Source: Azolla caroliniana (taxonomy: Eukaryota > Plantae > Polypodiophyta). From it: a DNA stretch of 64,000 nucleotides. Both the position numbers and the translations under genes were made by a program. The stretch is from contig JBHGNT010000009.1 of NCBI GenBank assembly GCA_043228905.1, positions 21,328,001 through 21,392,000 of the forward strand, in the 5' to 3' direction. Each line of letters opens with the position of its first letter. The first letter of the stretch is position 1. Shown here in pieces: positions 50,545 to 62,072 of this stretch. The notes under the pieces were generated by a model. It ran no database searches. It was not told the DNA's origin and saw nothing but the letters and a program-made list of their open reading frames with translations.

Positions 50545-51811
50545 CCGTGTGCCCTAGATGGTTAGTTGGGTTGTAGATAGGATTAAAGAAAGGGCGATTA
50601 GGGTTATAAAGTAAGACTCGTGGGCCATAATGGTTTTGATGAGGATTTCTACTTACTTGATTATTTGTTATGTTGCAGATGTATTGCGGGAGGAGGTTCC
50701 GGTGGTTCAATGATCGAGGATTTCTTTTTGCTGGAAAATTAGGGTTAGCAATAGGGTTAGATTTTTGAAAGGGATTAGGTTGTAGGTTCTTTGTAGAGGA
50801 TTTTAGTTTGGGGTTGGGGTTAGTGTTAGAGTTAACATTAACGTTAGCTTTAGGGTTAGGTTTTTGAATGGGATCATTTGTAGAGAATTTCTTTGGTTTT
50901 TCACTCCTAATGTAATTTGGAATTGTTAAGGAACTGTTATTAACATTATAATCTTCATTATCACTCATCTCTATGTCGATTTCTCTAACATTGTTTGTAT
51001 CGTTAATGTTGTGCATGCTACTCTCTGCTTTGTCTCTACTGATAGTGGCCTTCTTTCTAATAGTCGTAGTAATAGAATAAGTAACTACTACTTCATCACA
51101 AGCTCTAAGGATTTATGTGGCAAACTCTTGCTGCCAATGTGCCATTCTATCTTGGAATGAATCGGGACCTACTAGTGATGTTACTTCTTGTATGAATGGG
51201 GGTTCTTGCATTGTTTCCATTATTTTTACTATGTTGGTACAAACTTGATTAGGAAAATCATCTATGGCTTTGGTTAATGCGTGGACTAATAAGTCTAAAT
51301 GCCGAATATATCATGTTGTAAGATCCTTGCGATATTGTGTTGTGAGGGCTAGAAATTTTGTTCGCAAGCTCGAATTGATCTCCTCATGACCTACTATTAA
51401 TTTCGGTGGGTGAACCCTAAGATTATGAGGGGTGATGTCATGTGAGTTTAGATCAGAGATACGCTTATATGTATTCTTAGCTTCTTGTGTGCGCCTATAT
51501 AGATGTTTAAATTCAGATACCACTTTACGCTTATAGTCTTCAAAGTGGTGTGAGGACATATATGAGTCGGAGGAATTTACCTTTTCATTACTAGGATTAG
51601 AGTTTATGAAAGTTGGGGATAATGTAGGGGCACGTTGTCGTTTATTAGGACATTTGTTGGCGCTTCTCAGTTTTGTTGGTGTTGGTGTAGTTGATGCCAT
51701 CGCTGCAAAAGTCATCATCTGTTGTGGAGGAAACTCGGCACTAAATGGTGATTCGATGCGAGTCGAAGTATCACTATTGTGGGTTCCAAACTCCAATGAT
51801 AATCCCTCCAT
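50545..51811 (-). pseudogene. Unassigned ORF of over 400 codons downstream of the PLE hammerhead (putative PLE ORF1 or RT N-terminal extension)
   Basis: ORFs 51311-51820 and 50537-51016 share a frame, broken only by TGA 51311-51313 and TAA 51113-51115; cut by the Gypsy-2 LTR. Confidence 0.55.
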
Positions 51812-52057
51812 AGGAACCAAGATAACAATTATTGTTGTGACCGTAGCGTCGTGACAAGGAGTGCGAGCGAACTAGCACAACTATTGAGATGATATGGGAA
51901 GAGTAAGAAAAGAAATAAAGCAATGATGCAAGTGAAACTAAGATGAGTAGGATTAGAGGTGAACAAGAGTAAAAGAGAATGAGAGAATGAGATGAAAGAA
52001 GAAGAGAATAGTGAGTGAGAAAAAAAAAAAAAAAGCTTAAGAAATTTTCATTAGAAA

Positions 52058-52109
52058 GACCTTGTGCAAACTAGTAGAGCTCTAGGTAGAGCTCATCAGT
52101 GCCAAGGTC
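52058..52109 (-). ncRNA. Degenerate minimal type I hammerhead ribozyme
   Basis: GACCTTG-GCA CTGATGA GCTCT-ACCT-AGAGC [TCT in place of GAA] ACTAGT T TGC-A-CAAGGTC. Confidence 0.7.
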
Positions 52110-52129
52110 ATTTACAACAAGAGGGTAGG

Positions 52130-52137
52130 TTTATATA
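52130..52137 (-). promoter_or_regulatory. TATA box of the PLE pseudo-LTR
   Basis: CCTATATAAACC on the minus strand, about 20 nt upstream of the hammerhead, preceded by a (CT)n tract. Confidence 0.5.
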
Positions 52138-52341
52138 GGGGGAAGAGAGAGAGAGAGAGAGAGAATAGGAGTTTAATGAGGGGAGTGAGGGAAACGAGGA
52201 ATTGTGATAGGCAAAGGATTGATAAGTGAAAGTGGGCTAGAGGGGGGTTATATGTATGTATATGATAAGTGATAGGTGGGGGTGGGGGTGGGCTCTAAGA
52301 AAAGGGGGATTATAGGGGTGGGATATAAAAGGAATATAGTA

Positions 52342-52899
52342 TTAAGTGGGAGTATTTATGGATTTATATTTAGTTTTGACAAGAATGGAATGAATGGACT
52401 TAGACTTAGTCCAACATATGAAGGGTCGCGGTAGTTCGGATAGTTGGGGATGTGTGGCTAAATCTGCGTGGAGGTTTTCTAGCATGTCATAAATTCCTAA
52501 TCTAGGGGTATCTTTCATATACCTAAGTTTGAAGATAACATGTATAAGGGTACTTATAGGTTTTCTACTAAATACTACTGATTTCCTAGCGCTAAATAGG
52601 ACCTTTTTATAATTCTCTAATATAAAAGAAAGGGGATATCCTCTCTTAACTAATCTACTAAAAAATAGTTTTTTCATTCAAAGGAAACCTAAGGGGGTAC
52701 TTTCTCTAATTAGGTATCATTTTAGTTCATTAATAATAAAATGATGTTTTAAGTGAAGGGGGTTAACTGACGAGAATGAGAGATACTGGTAGGCATTTTG
52801 GGGCTTTTGGTAGCAATTAAAGGAGAAATGTGAATTCCTTATGTTAATCCATAAATCTAAGAATGGTAATCACAAGGGAGAAGTGGTGATGGTAATTTT
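52342..52899 (-). pseudogene. PLE reverse transcriptase C-terminus (last RT motifs and thumb), no C-terminal GIY-YIG
   Basis: One frame with three stops: LPFLDLWI...CYQKPQNAYQYLSFSSVNPLHLKHHFIINELK*Y...FFSRLVKRGYP...PRPFICWTKSKSIHSILVKTK. Confidence 0.85.
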
Positions 52900-53214
52900 G
52901 AGGCTATGATTAAAGATTATGACATCACTCCTACACTCGAGCATCACACATGCCTAGTAGATCTTTTTGGCCGATCAGGTCAGTTAGAAAAAGCTATAAT
53001 AGCAATGGAGGAAACACTATTTTATCCGAACAGTGTGATGTGGCATGCTATGTTGGGTGTTTGTCGGAAGTGGGGCAATGTAAAGCTCGGAAGATATGCA
53101 TTTGACCAAATACTGAAGTTTGATGAAAGTGAGATTGGGGCATATATATCCATGCATAACATTTATGCCGATGTTGGCATGTTGGATGAGAATATGAGTG
53201 AGATAGATGGATAA
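52897..53214 (+). pseudogene. 3' end of a PLS-class PPR gene (last repeats plus E domain), 5' part replaced by the PLE
   Basis: FEAMIKDYDITPTLEHHTCLVDLFGRSGQLEKA...PNSVMWHAMLGVCRKWGNVKLGRYAF...AYISMHNIYA. Confidence 0.85.
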
Positions 53215-54856
53215 ACAGATGTTTAATTTAATTTTCGCGGGATATCTATGGGATAAGCAGAGCCCATCTCGAATATTATTGGAGTAACACATACTAATGC
53301 AATATTTGACGCCCTTGTAAGGGCATCATAAACTTTTTATTCCCCTTCACTTACATCTCTCCACAAGGATGTGGAAGTTGGAAGCCAATCAAGAGACAAT
53401 GCATTGACGCAAAAAGAACTCTCCGATGAAACAAAAACACATCCATGTTGTGGAAAAAAAATTGTCGACAGGGAGAGCACCTTATGGGGAACTCTTTAAA
53501 TTCAAACCCACCCTTAGGACTTAAGACAACATAAATCAAGTGTTGCTCGATAGTGAAGGGCCGGTTGAACAAAACAAAATATGCAGAGGTTGGTTGACAA
53601 TGCATGTAGGTATACAAAGGGATTTAAACCTTATCCAAGGAGTATGCCAGCCAGATCGACTCAACAAGCACCTCCTCTGACATAACACTTAAACACGGTA
53701 ACATAGAACAAAGTGTAGAACTCTAGGACCGATCTAAATTTCCTAAAACTACCCAATCATACCGTGTTAGATGTGAAAGGGACATGTTTGATGCACCGCC
53801 TTGCAAGGGTTCTTACTACTTAATGAATTGCAACAATAAGCACATGCCGTAGGAAATTTGGATTGTATACTTAGAGGGACAAGGTCTAAAACTATGTTAC
53901 TAAGGGTCTGAAAATAAGGGTCGTAATTGAAAAACAAACTTTAGTGAGAGACAAGTTCCTAAAGAAGTTTGACTCTATTGAACATGAGTTAACAACAATA
54001 AAGGGAGCATCACACATCTCTTACTAACAAAAGTTTACAGCCAAACATAATTAGGCCAGGCAGCACCCTTCAACGCCTATAGAAGATGGAGAAATAAACC
54101 TCCTACATTCAACATTTCAAATGGCCATTTGAGGAAAAAGTATTGGGTGGATTCTAGGGTGAGATCAAATACCCACCCTAGATTCTCTCCCCCAAGAGCA
54201 ACTCTACTCAAATCAAAGCCTTTTTGTATCTCTAAACTCTATACAATATCAATATCCCTGATGGAGAATAAAATCAGTTATTTATTGTCGATGAGGAGGC
54301 CAATTTTGACCTATGGTACCAAATAAACATATCATCTTGAATGTGACTCCTTGCTAAGAAGAGGGGTTAACCTTGTTGTGAAAATAATGCATGCGCATAT
54401 GAGTGCACCCGTTTTTGGTGGAGATTTGAGTATGACAATTAAGTTTCAATGCATGTCTAAGTACAAGTCATCATAATTCTCTCAAATTTCCTTATATGTT
54501 GACCATGCAAGGGTTAAGCAATATTCATCCTCCACAAACTCTTCATTGCATATCTTCATACTAAGGTAATGATAGTATGATTGTGTGAGAGTGTGAGAGT
54601 GTTTGAAGAAGTGTTATCTCCAAGAGCCAAGGGTCATGGGGGGTATGAAGATGTGGGATATGTTTTGGCATCTTCACCTTGTATTGGGGGTTAACATTTG
54701 AAATGTAATTGATCAATTTTGACATCGTAGCATCTAGCCACTTCGTCGTTAGTGTCTATTAATCAATCTTCAATGATCACATACTTCATAACATCACTTG
54801 AGAGCTCCAATATATCTTCTACTCCCCATCTTTCAAACCATTTCATAATGTCCACC

Positions 54857-54890
<34 letters not shown>

Positions 54891-57800
54891 CTTGGAGGGA
54901 GTGTGTATGTGGAGGTTGAGGTTGAGGTTGAGGTGAGGTAGCACGGTGAGAAGTGGGGGCATTTCGGTTAGAAAGTGATGTGTCTATGGGTGAGGGGGTG
55001 ATCGATGACAAAAGACGAGGGGCACATGATGAACCAAGAAGGTGGCAAGGGATGGAGGAATGGGGGTAAAAAGGAAAAGTATTAGGGAAAAAGTAAAAGG
55101 AAAAATAAGGAAAGAAGGGAGATAAGAGAGAGAAACAAAAACAAAAAGGAATAAGTTAAAAAATATGTACAAGAACCAATGAATTGTATGGTTTGCAACC
55201 CTATGGTCCGAAAACAGCAAGATAAGGAGAGGGAAGGGAGAAACCACAACTTAAGTGTCTCATGGACATTGGTTTTACTACTTACTCTAAAGAAATTATG
55301 TACATGGCGAGTGATTGTTCCTCTAAACAACCACAATCTCTAACGTATTGTGAGATTTGACTATGACTGACATTTTCGAGGGAAGCTCCATATAGGTATC
55401 TTGTTTGGGATAGAATGTTGAGGTTAAACATGGGTGTTTGGATGCAATTGCCAAGCTCAATGGTACAAGTCAAAGGTTTTTTCATTGTAGACCCAGGAAG
55501 TGGCATGATTGACAAACCAATGTGGGCATTGGTAGAGACTAAAAGGTGAGGGGTGGTCCAACACAAAGAGCATTATGTGGCAACTCAAGATGAACGCGAG
55601 GGCCAAAATTGAGCGTTACCTTCGTACAAACTTTGCAGTTTCATGGTTTGATGGGAGATTGACATCAACTAAGTGTCGAATACGAGTGTATAATGGCCGT
55701 ATTCACACTGTCCCTTTGGACAGCCCAAGTTTGGGCTATTTCTATAAATAGCATAAAGGGCAATTGCCCTAAGACAGTCACTATATAAAGTGACTTTGTA
55801 ACCTTTAGAAAAGGTTGGTTGTTAATTTTGTAACTGTTGCTATTGGAATATAACATTTCTTTGTGCCTATCTCTCTCCCTCTCTCTCCGTGTCTATCTTG
55901 CTCATGCTCATACACAGGTTCTGCTTCATCACGAATGTTGCTTGCACTTCCGCATTGACGGCCTTGTTCCCAACATTTGGTATCAGCATGTTGGAGGTTC
56001 TTCAACCCGTTGTCGGTCATCATAGTACACCACACAACATTCTGTTTTCGTTTTCTTTGAAGAACATAGAAGGGAGAAGAAAAACAAAAAAGCTCGCATA
56101 TCACTCTGTTAAATCACAAATCGGAGTAAGCCAACCAGTTGTACTCTGTTCCTGTGATTGTAACCGGTTGAGGGGAGCTCCTTGTGCAACAACCGACCCA
56201 ATCATGCTTCATTCGGTTAAACGGCATCCGAATAGGTCACCCGACGCTATTCACCCACTTGTTGTAACCACCTAGTGCATATTGGTCTCCTGGCAACAAC
56301 CACTTCGTGCTTCACTCGGCTGATCGACATTCAAGAGGATCAGTTGGATCCGTCCATCTCATCGCTGCAGTCATCTGAAGTAGAATCGGCCTAAACAATC
56401 GGTTTCTTGTAATCAGTATTCGGCATACAATCGGAAGCTAACCGGGTTCACTCCAACTCGGCAACATTCGGGAAGACCAGCCGGTTTTGTCCCTCAAGTT
56501 ACCGTAGTTACTCCGAGCAAGTTCAGCAACAAGTATCCGAAACCAAACCGAATTGGGTTCAAAACCGACTAGAACGATATCAGGTGAGCCGACCGGCTGC
56601 ACCTCACCAAAGTTCGTAGTCAACTCCGAACCGAGTCTTACCAACCGAAACCGAATCAAATGGCATCAACATCCGGCACATCGGAGATGAGTCTAAGGGG
56701 GTTCAACGGTTCGAACTTCAACTTCTGGAAGGAACAAATGCAGGACTATCTCATAGTCAAGGGTCAGATAGACCCGATTGAGAATGAAAATCCTCCAGAA
56801 GCATACAAGGCAAACGAGTGGCTAAAGCTGGACAGAATCGTCCGCGCCACGATTCGGATGCACTTGTCAGAGTCAGTATACTTCATAGTGCAATCATGCA
56901 CGACAGCTTTCGAACTTTGGAAAACACTGTCGGAAACTTATGAAAAGAAGCGACGAAGATGTATCTGATCCGGCGCCTCTACAATCTGCGGATGAAAGAA
57001 TCTGATTCGGTTCAGGCACACCTCAATGAGTACGAAAGCATAAGCTCCCAAATCTCGTCTCAGGGGACGACAATCAAGGATGAACTCATAGCAATGATAC
57101 TCATGAGTAGCCTCCCCTCTTCATGGGAAACTTTCGTTACAACCGTGTGCAATGCTTCAACGATTTCTATCAAGTACTCCAAAATCACGAGCGCAATCCT
57201 GATTGAAGCAGCTCGGAGAAAGTATCTCGCCAATGACTCGGCAGATGAAGCTTACGTAGTACAAGGTTCGACCGACCGATCGAACAACCAGGGAAGAAGT
57301 TCTTCCCGACCACCGAACAATCAGCGAAGACAGAGCAAGTCCCGGGACAACCGAATATGCAACTACTACAAGAAACCGGGACACATCAAAGCCGAATGTC
57401 GGGCACTCAAAGCAAAAACCGACAAAGCGCAGAGAGTGGATCAGAAGAGTAGCCGGCATGAGGAGGTCAACTACGTCGGCTCTTCAGCCGAAATTCTGAC
57501 GACCGACCCAAACATATTATCCATAGAGAACCCAGTCGAATCAGAAGTTTTGCTTACAACTGAGGAATCGAGCACATGGCTCCTGGACTCGGGTGCATCG
57601 TATCATGTGACACCTCATCGATCTCAATTTCGGCAATATTCGGACCGGCACTCTAACTCAGTTCGAGTCGGAAACTCGCAGCATTGTGCAATAATCGGAA
57701 TCGGCACCGTAGAGCTCAACCTTCCGGGTGGCTCTACACTCGTACTACACAACGTCTGACACGTTCCTAAGCTCTCAAGACCCTTGATCTCAATCGGACA

Positions 57801-58395
57801 ACTTGACGAAGCCGGCATCCGTGCCGGGTTCTCATCGGGAGGGTGGACACTCCACAAAGGGAACCTCCTGCTTGCTCGAGGACCAAAGGTACATTCCTTG
57901 TACCCTTTATATGTCACACTCAAAAAGGGTGATTTGTTTTTGGTTGATATTCCTGTGTCATCATTATGGCACGGACGACTTGGACACCTCAGCAAGTCCG
58001 GCATAACGCACCTATCCAGAGCCGGCTACATCCCCAAGCTCTCCTTCTCGGATCACCAATTCTGCGAGCATTGCCAGTACGGCAAATAGGTAGCCGCATC
58101 ACACCCGACATCACCACCAAGAGAATCGAGCCCACTCGATTTGGTCCACTCAGACGTCTGTGGCCCGATGCCACATCAGTCTCTCGGCGGTGCTTTGTGC
58201 TTCGTCAGTTTTATTGACGACTTGACTCAGAAGGTGTGGGCTTACCCCATTAGAACCAAAGATCGAGTGTTCTCGATCTTCTCTGAATGGCTTGCAATGG
58301 TCGAAAATCAGACCAATCGGAAACTGAAATGTCTTCGAACCGACAATGGAGGAGAATTCAAGTCTGAAGAATTCGTCAAATTCTGTCGGGAACGC

Positions 58396-58730
58396 TGTCG
58401 TGAAGATTTTCGGCAATGGTGTGAAAATCACATAAAACGTACAAAATCGAGTATGAATCACATAAAACAATAATAGTGAAAATAACATTTTAAATAAGTT
58501 TAATATCTAAGTACAAAATGATGGAGGCCTTCAATAGCTTTCGAATGCACTTTATTACACGAGAAACGGACAACTAGATATCAAGATATGAGGGTATAAA
58601 GTTTGTGAAAGAAAAAGAGAAAACTGTGAGATATCCCACATATGCACGACAAATACGGCTCTCATCATATATAAGGTAGAGCAAAAGCTATTATCTTTGT
58701 GTCTATGTGTGGACCATAGAGAGTTCAAGG
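58396..58730 (+). mobile_element. 5' part of an LTR of the Trp-PBS Gypsy lineage inside Copia-E
   Basis: Begins TGTCGTGAAGATTTTCGG; similar to the reverse complement of 50225-50544. Confidence 0.8.
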
Positions 58731-59005
58731 TAACTTGAACTAAGAGTGGAGGTGGCCTAGCACTCTAAAGGTTTTGGCCAACCAAAACCGATCCGGCGAT
58801 GAAGCCGGTGCTCCGGTGGCACACCGGCAACCGGTGATCCGATGGAGCCGGCGAGCCGGTAGAACCGACATCCGGCGGTGCACCGGTGAGGCGGGGGCAT
58901 CCTACGGCGCACCGACATCTGGCGCCAGCGAGGCACCGGTAACCGACAGCATCCGGCGAACCGGCGACTAGATAAATAAATATATAAATATATATACATA
59001 TACAA

Positions 59006-59076
59006 GGAGGGCAAGTAAAGATTGGAACTTTGCACCTCCAAGTTAAAAGTCAATTGGCTTACCACTAAGCCAAGAT
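59006..59076 (-). other. Degenerate tRNA-Lys(UUU)-like sequence (SINE head or tRNA relic)
   Basis: A-box-like TGGCTTAGTGG, anticodon loop GACTTTTAA, B-box-like GTTCCAATC; no convincing acceptor stem. Confidence 0.45.
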
Positions 59077-60699
59077 ATTTAGTTGAAATTATATTTCTAT
59101 CATTGTACTTTTACATATAAATTCTCATACATGAGAGCTAAAATGAGTGACATGGTTATCATGCACCACATGTAATACATAAGCGCCAAATGGCAAACAT
59201 GCATTATGGCTTGGTCGGTTGGCGCACACATTTTGACAAGTCGACTCCGACTCGGCTCCAGTTGTCTACAACGACAATCAGGGTGTTGTTGCTTTGTCAA
59301 AAAATCCGGTTCACCACAACGCCTCCAAGCATATCGATGTTCGATATCACTTTGTTCGGGACTGCATCATTTCAGGGAAAATCGGTCTCGAGAAGATATC
59401 CACAACCGATAATGTCGAAGATGGAATGACCAAGTGTCTTTTTGCGGATCGCTTGGACCAGTCCCTTCGGCACCAGATGGGCATAACGAAAAATCAGTCC
59501 GGTTAAAGTCGGACACACATCACAGGATGGTTTCAGACCACCGACATCGGTTCTTTGAGAATCGACTTTAGCTCTTCCGATCCGACCGGTTCGGTCTTGT
59601 GTCTACGGATCTTGCCGACTCTAACAAAACCGATCTATCCAATAAACCTTGTATATACCTGTAATTTTCTTTTAGATAACCCATGTATACGCCCATTACG
59701 GGGGAGTGTCGAATAGGAGTGTATAATGGCTGTATTCACACTGTCCCTTTGGACAGCTCAAGTTTGGGCTATTTCTGTAAATAGCATAAAGGGCAGTTGC
59801 CCTAAGACAATCGCTATATAAAGTGACTTTGTAACCTTTAGAAAAGGTTGGTTGTTAATTTTGTAATTGTTGCTATTGGAATATAACATTTCTTTGTGCC
59901 TATCTCTCTCCCTCTGTCTCCGTGTCTATCTTGCTCATGCGCATACACAGGTTCTGCTTCATCACGAATGTTGCTTGCACTTCCGCATTGACGGCCTTGT
60001 CCCCAACACTAAGGATGGCACAACGAATACATCACTCATCAATGATGAACGAGGTACTAGCTGAACAAAACAATGTGTATGGAGGTTGGTTTATCTCTAG
60101 GGTAACATAACTAAACTAGAACCAAGACACGTGTGAGCCAGCTAGCATGCCAAACACATTGGCAGAAACTACAACATGAACATGCTGATGTAATACTAGA
60201 AATTAGAATAATAGGACAAGAAATGGATTGCCAATATGATTGATTGCTCAAAGGAATACAACCAAACTAGTACAACACAAAATCAAAGTAGCATTACAAG
60301 AATGAACTTTGGAATGATACAACTATTAATAAAGCTAAATCTATATATTATGATCTTATAAACACTCAAATGTGCTAGATCACCTTTGGAAAAGGCTCCC
60401 ATGCAAAGGTAAGTATGCTAGACCAAGTATTACACAACACCTATAAGTGAAAACAAAAACATCCAATAAGAGACAAGCCAACAATCTATTAAAGTGAGCC
60501 AAAATTCTTGAGACTCATATAAGACACCCACACCTCACAAAAACCTTGGGTGGCCATACAAGCTATACATGCATTAATCTCGCTAATGGAAAAGGAGAGA
60601 TAATCCATCCAACCCTCTTAAAAACCAATTAATGACTATTGTGAGTGTGCACAAATTAGCAATTTGGTCTTGAAGTTTACATAGTTTGGTGATGCTTAT

Positions 60700-61748
60700 A
60701 ACCACATGGAGCACTTCAAACGAAATCCTCAAGCTTATGAGCTTATTACAAATGTAATGTGTTTATGACCTTCAAGATCACACTTGATGACTAACCTGAC
60801 ATGTGGTTCTAGGTTCGTCAAGGTGATATGCTAAACAAATTCAATTATGTGGAGAAGTTTTATCATTGTGTGCTACGTGAAACCTATTGAACAACTACTT
60901 ATCACTCAAATAATGCAAGGGAGATAATGTAGGCTTACATCATGCATGCCAAAAGCATGCATAATTGATGCAAACCATAAGATAAAATGTAAAATGACAA
61001 ACTCGTGAGTTGGTTTGTCAAAGGGTTATGTGATCTTACCTTACCTAACTTGTTGTTTGTCAAATCATGTAGGTCCTTTTTTGAAGCTTACACCATGGTA
61101 ATGGTCATGAAAGAGTCCATGATTAGACTCCAAATGCCAACTGCCACAAACACAAACCCAAGAGGGTGGTCCATGTACAACCCAAAAGAAGGTAGAATCT
61201 CCTACAAGCTACAAGATTGGAGAAAACATTAGTTTCCCTACATGTTATGGACACCCAACAAGTCATAAGTGCCGACTTGTAAACCAACATAAATCACAAT
61301 ATTGTAAATTGTGCAAGGCCTTTGTAATGCGCCACCTAGATATTTCTAGAATGCAACCAATGGAAGGTAAGATTTGAACAAGGACCCTTGGTGGTATATC
61401 CTATGTCTCCAACTCAGTCACATAGATCGCCTCCACTAGCCATTTCACGACGAAAACTCCCAAATCCTACATCAACATAGTATGAAAATCCAAATTTTGA
61501 CCATGGGTCAAGACTCATGAAGGACAAGGGGGTAGCCCACCCTATTAACCAAACAAATCACAAAGTGATTATGACCGAGATTGAAATAACAATGTTGATA
61601 TGGCATGTGCAAAAGGGGAAAACTAAGAAAAAAGGCAAAATGCACAAAGGCTTAAGATGTTGGTTTAAATTCTCACTAGAAGAAAAATTGAGGAGAACAA
61701 GATTAAAACAAGAAACCATATTCCAAATGGAAAGAGGTAACTAATAAT
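60700..61748 (+). mobile_element. Very old LTR-retrotransposon gag-like remnant
   Basis: WFVKGL motif and decayed Cys/His knuckle-like stretches; weak. Confidence 0.25.
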
Positions 61749-62037
61749 TGTTGAGAGATCAAGCTCAACTTAGTTTAGTTAGTTAGTCAACCATGTAACT
61801 TCGTAGTTACCTAGATAGAATCTAGTTAGAAGTGTTGACTATAACACCTTAAATAGGACCTTCTACTTAAGTGGGATATTGTAGATCCTCCACTCCCAAG
61901 TACATTTAATATACGACTCACACATGTGCACCTTTGCACATGAGATGTATATATACCTCATTGTGGGTATTTTTGTATTTTGATGATGATAATGCTAATT
62001 TAATATACTTACTCATCCCCCATCTTGTGTTCTTCAT

Positions 62038-62072
<35 letters not shown>

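Larger units (their letters stand above)
50545..52899 (-). mobile_element. Penelope-like retroelement (PLE) remnant in partial-tandem (pseudo-LTR) arrangement
   Basis: 3' end of a PLE RT, then UTR, TATA box, hammerhead-like motif and a long ORF on the same strand. Confidence 0.75.
55674..60008 (+). mobile_element. Ty1/Copia 'Copia-E' with both LTRs but no RT
   Basis: LTRs 55674-55975 and 59707-60008; TSD CTAAG; PBS TGGTATCAG; PPT 59697-59706; gag from 56660, PR LLDSGAS, integrase to 58395, RNase H SKHIDVRYHFVRD at about 59190-59506. Confidence 0.93.

Noticed and set aside
50720-50860. TTAGGGTT motifs as telomeric repeats capping the PLE
   Set aside because: Dispersed and in frame as Asn-Pro codons of the ORF, not a tandem tract.
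59006-59076. Functional tRNA-Lys gene
   Set aside because: Acceptor and T stems do not pair properly and the B box is mutated; kept only as tRNA-like.
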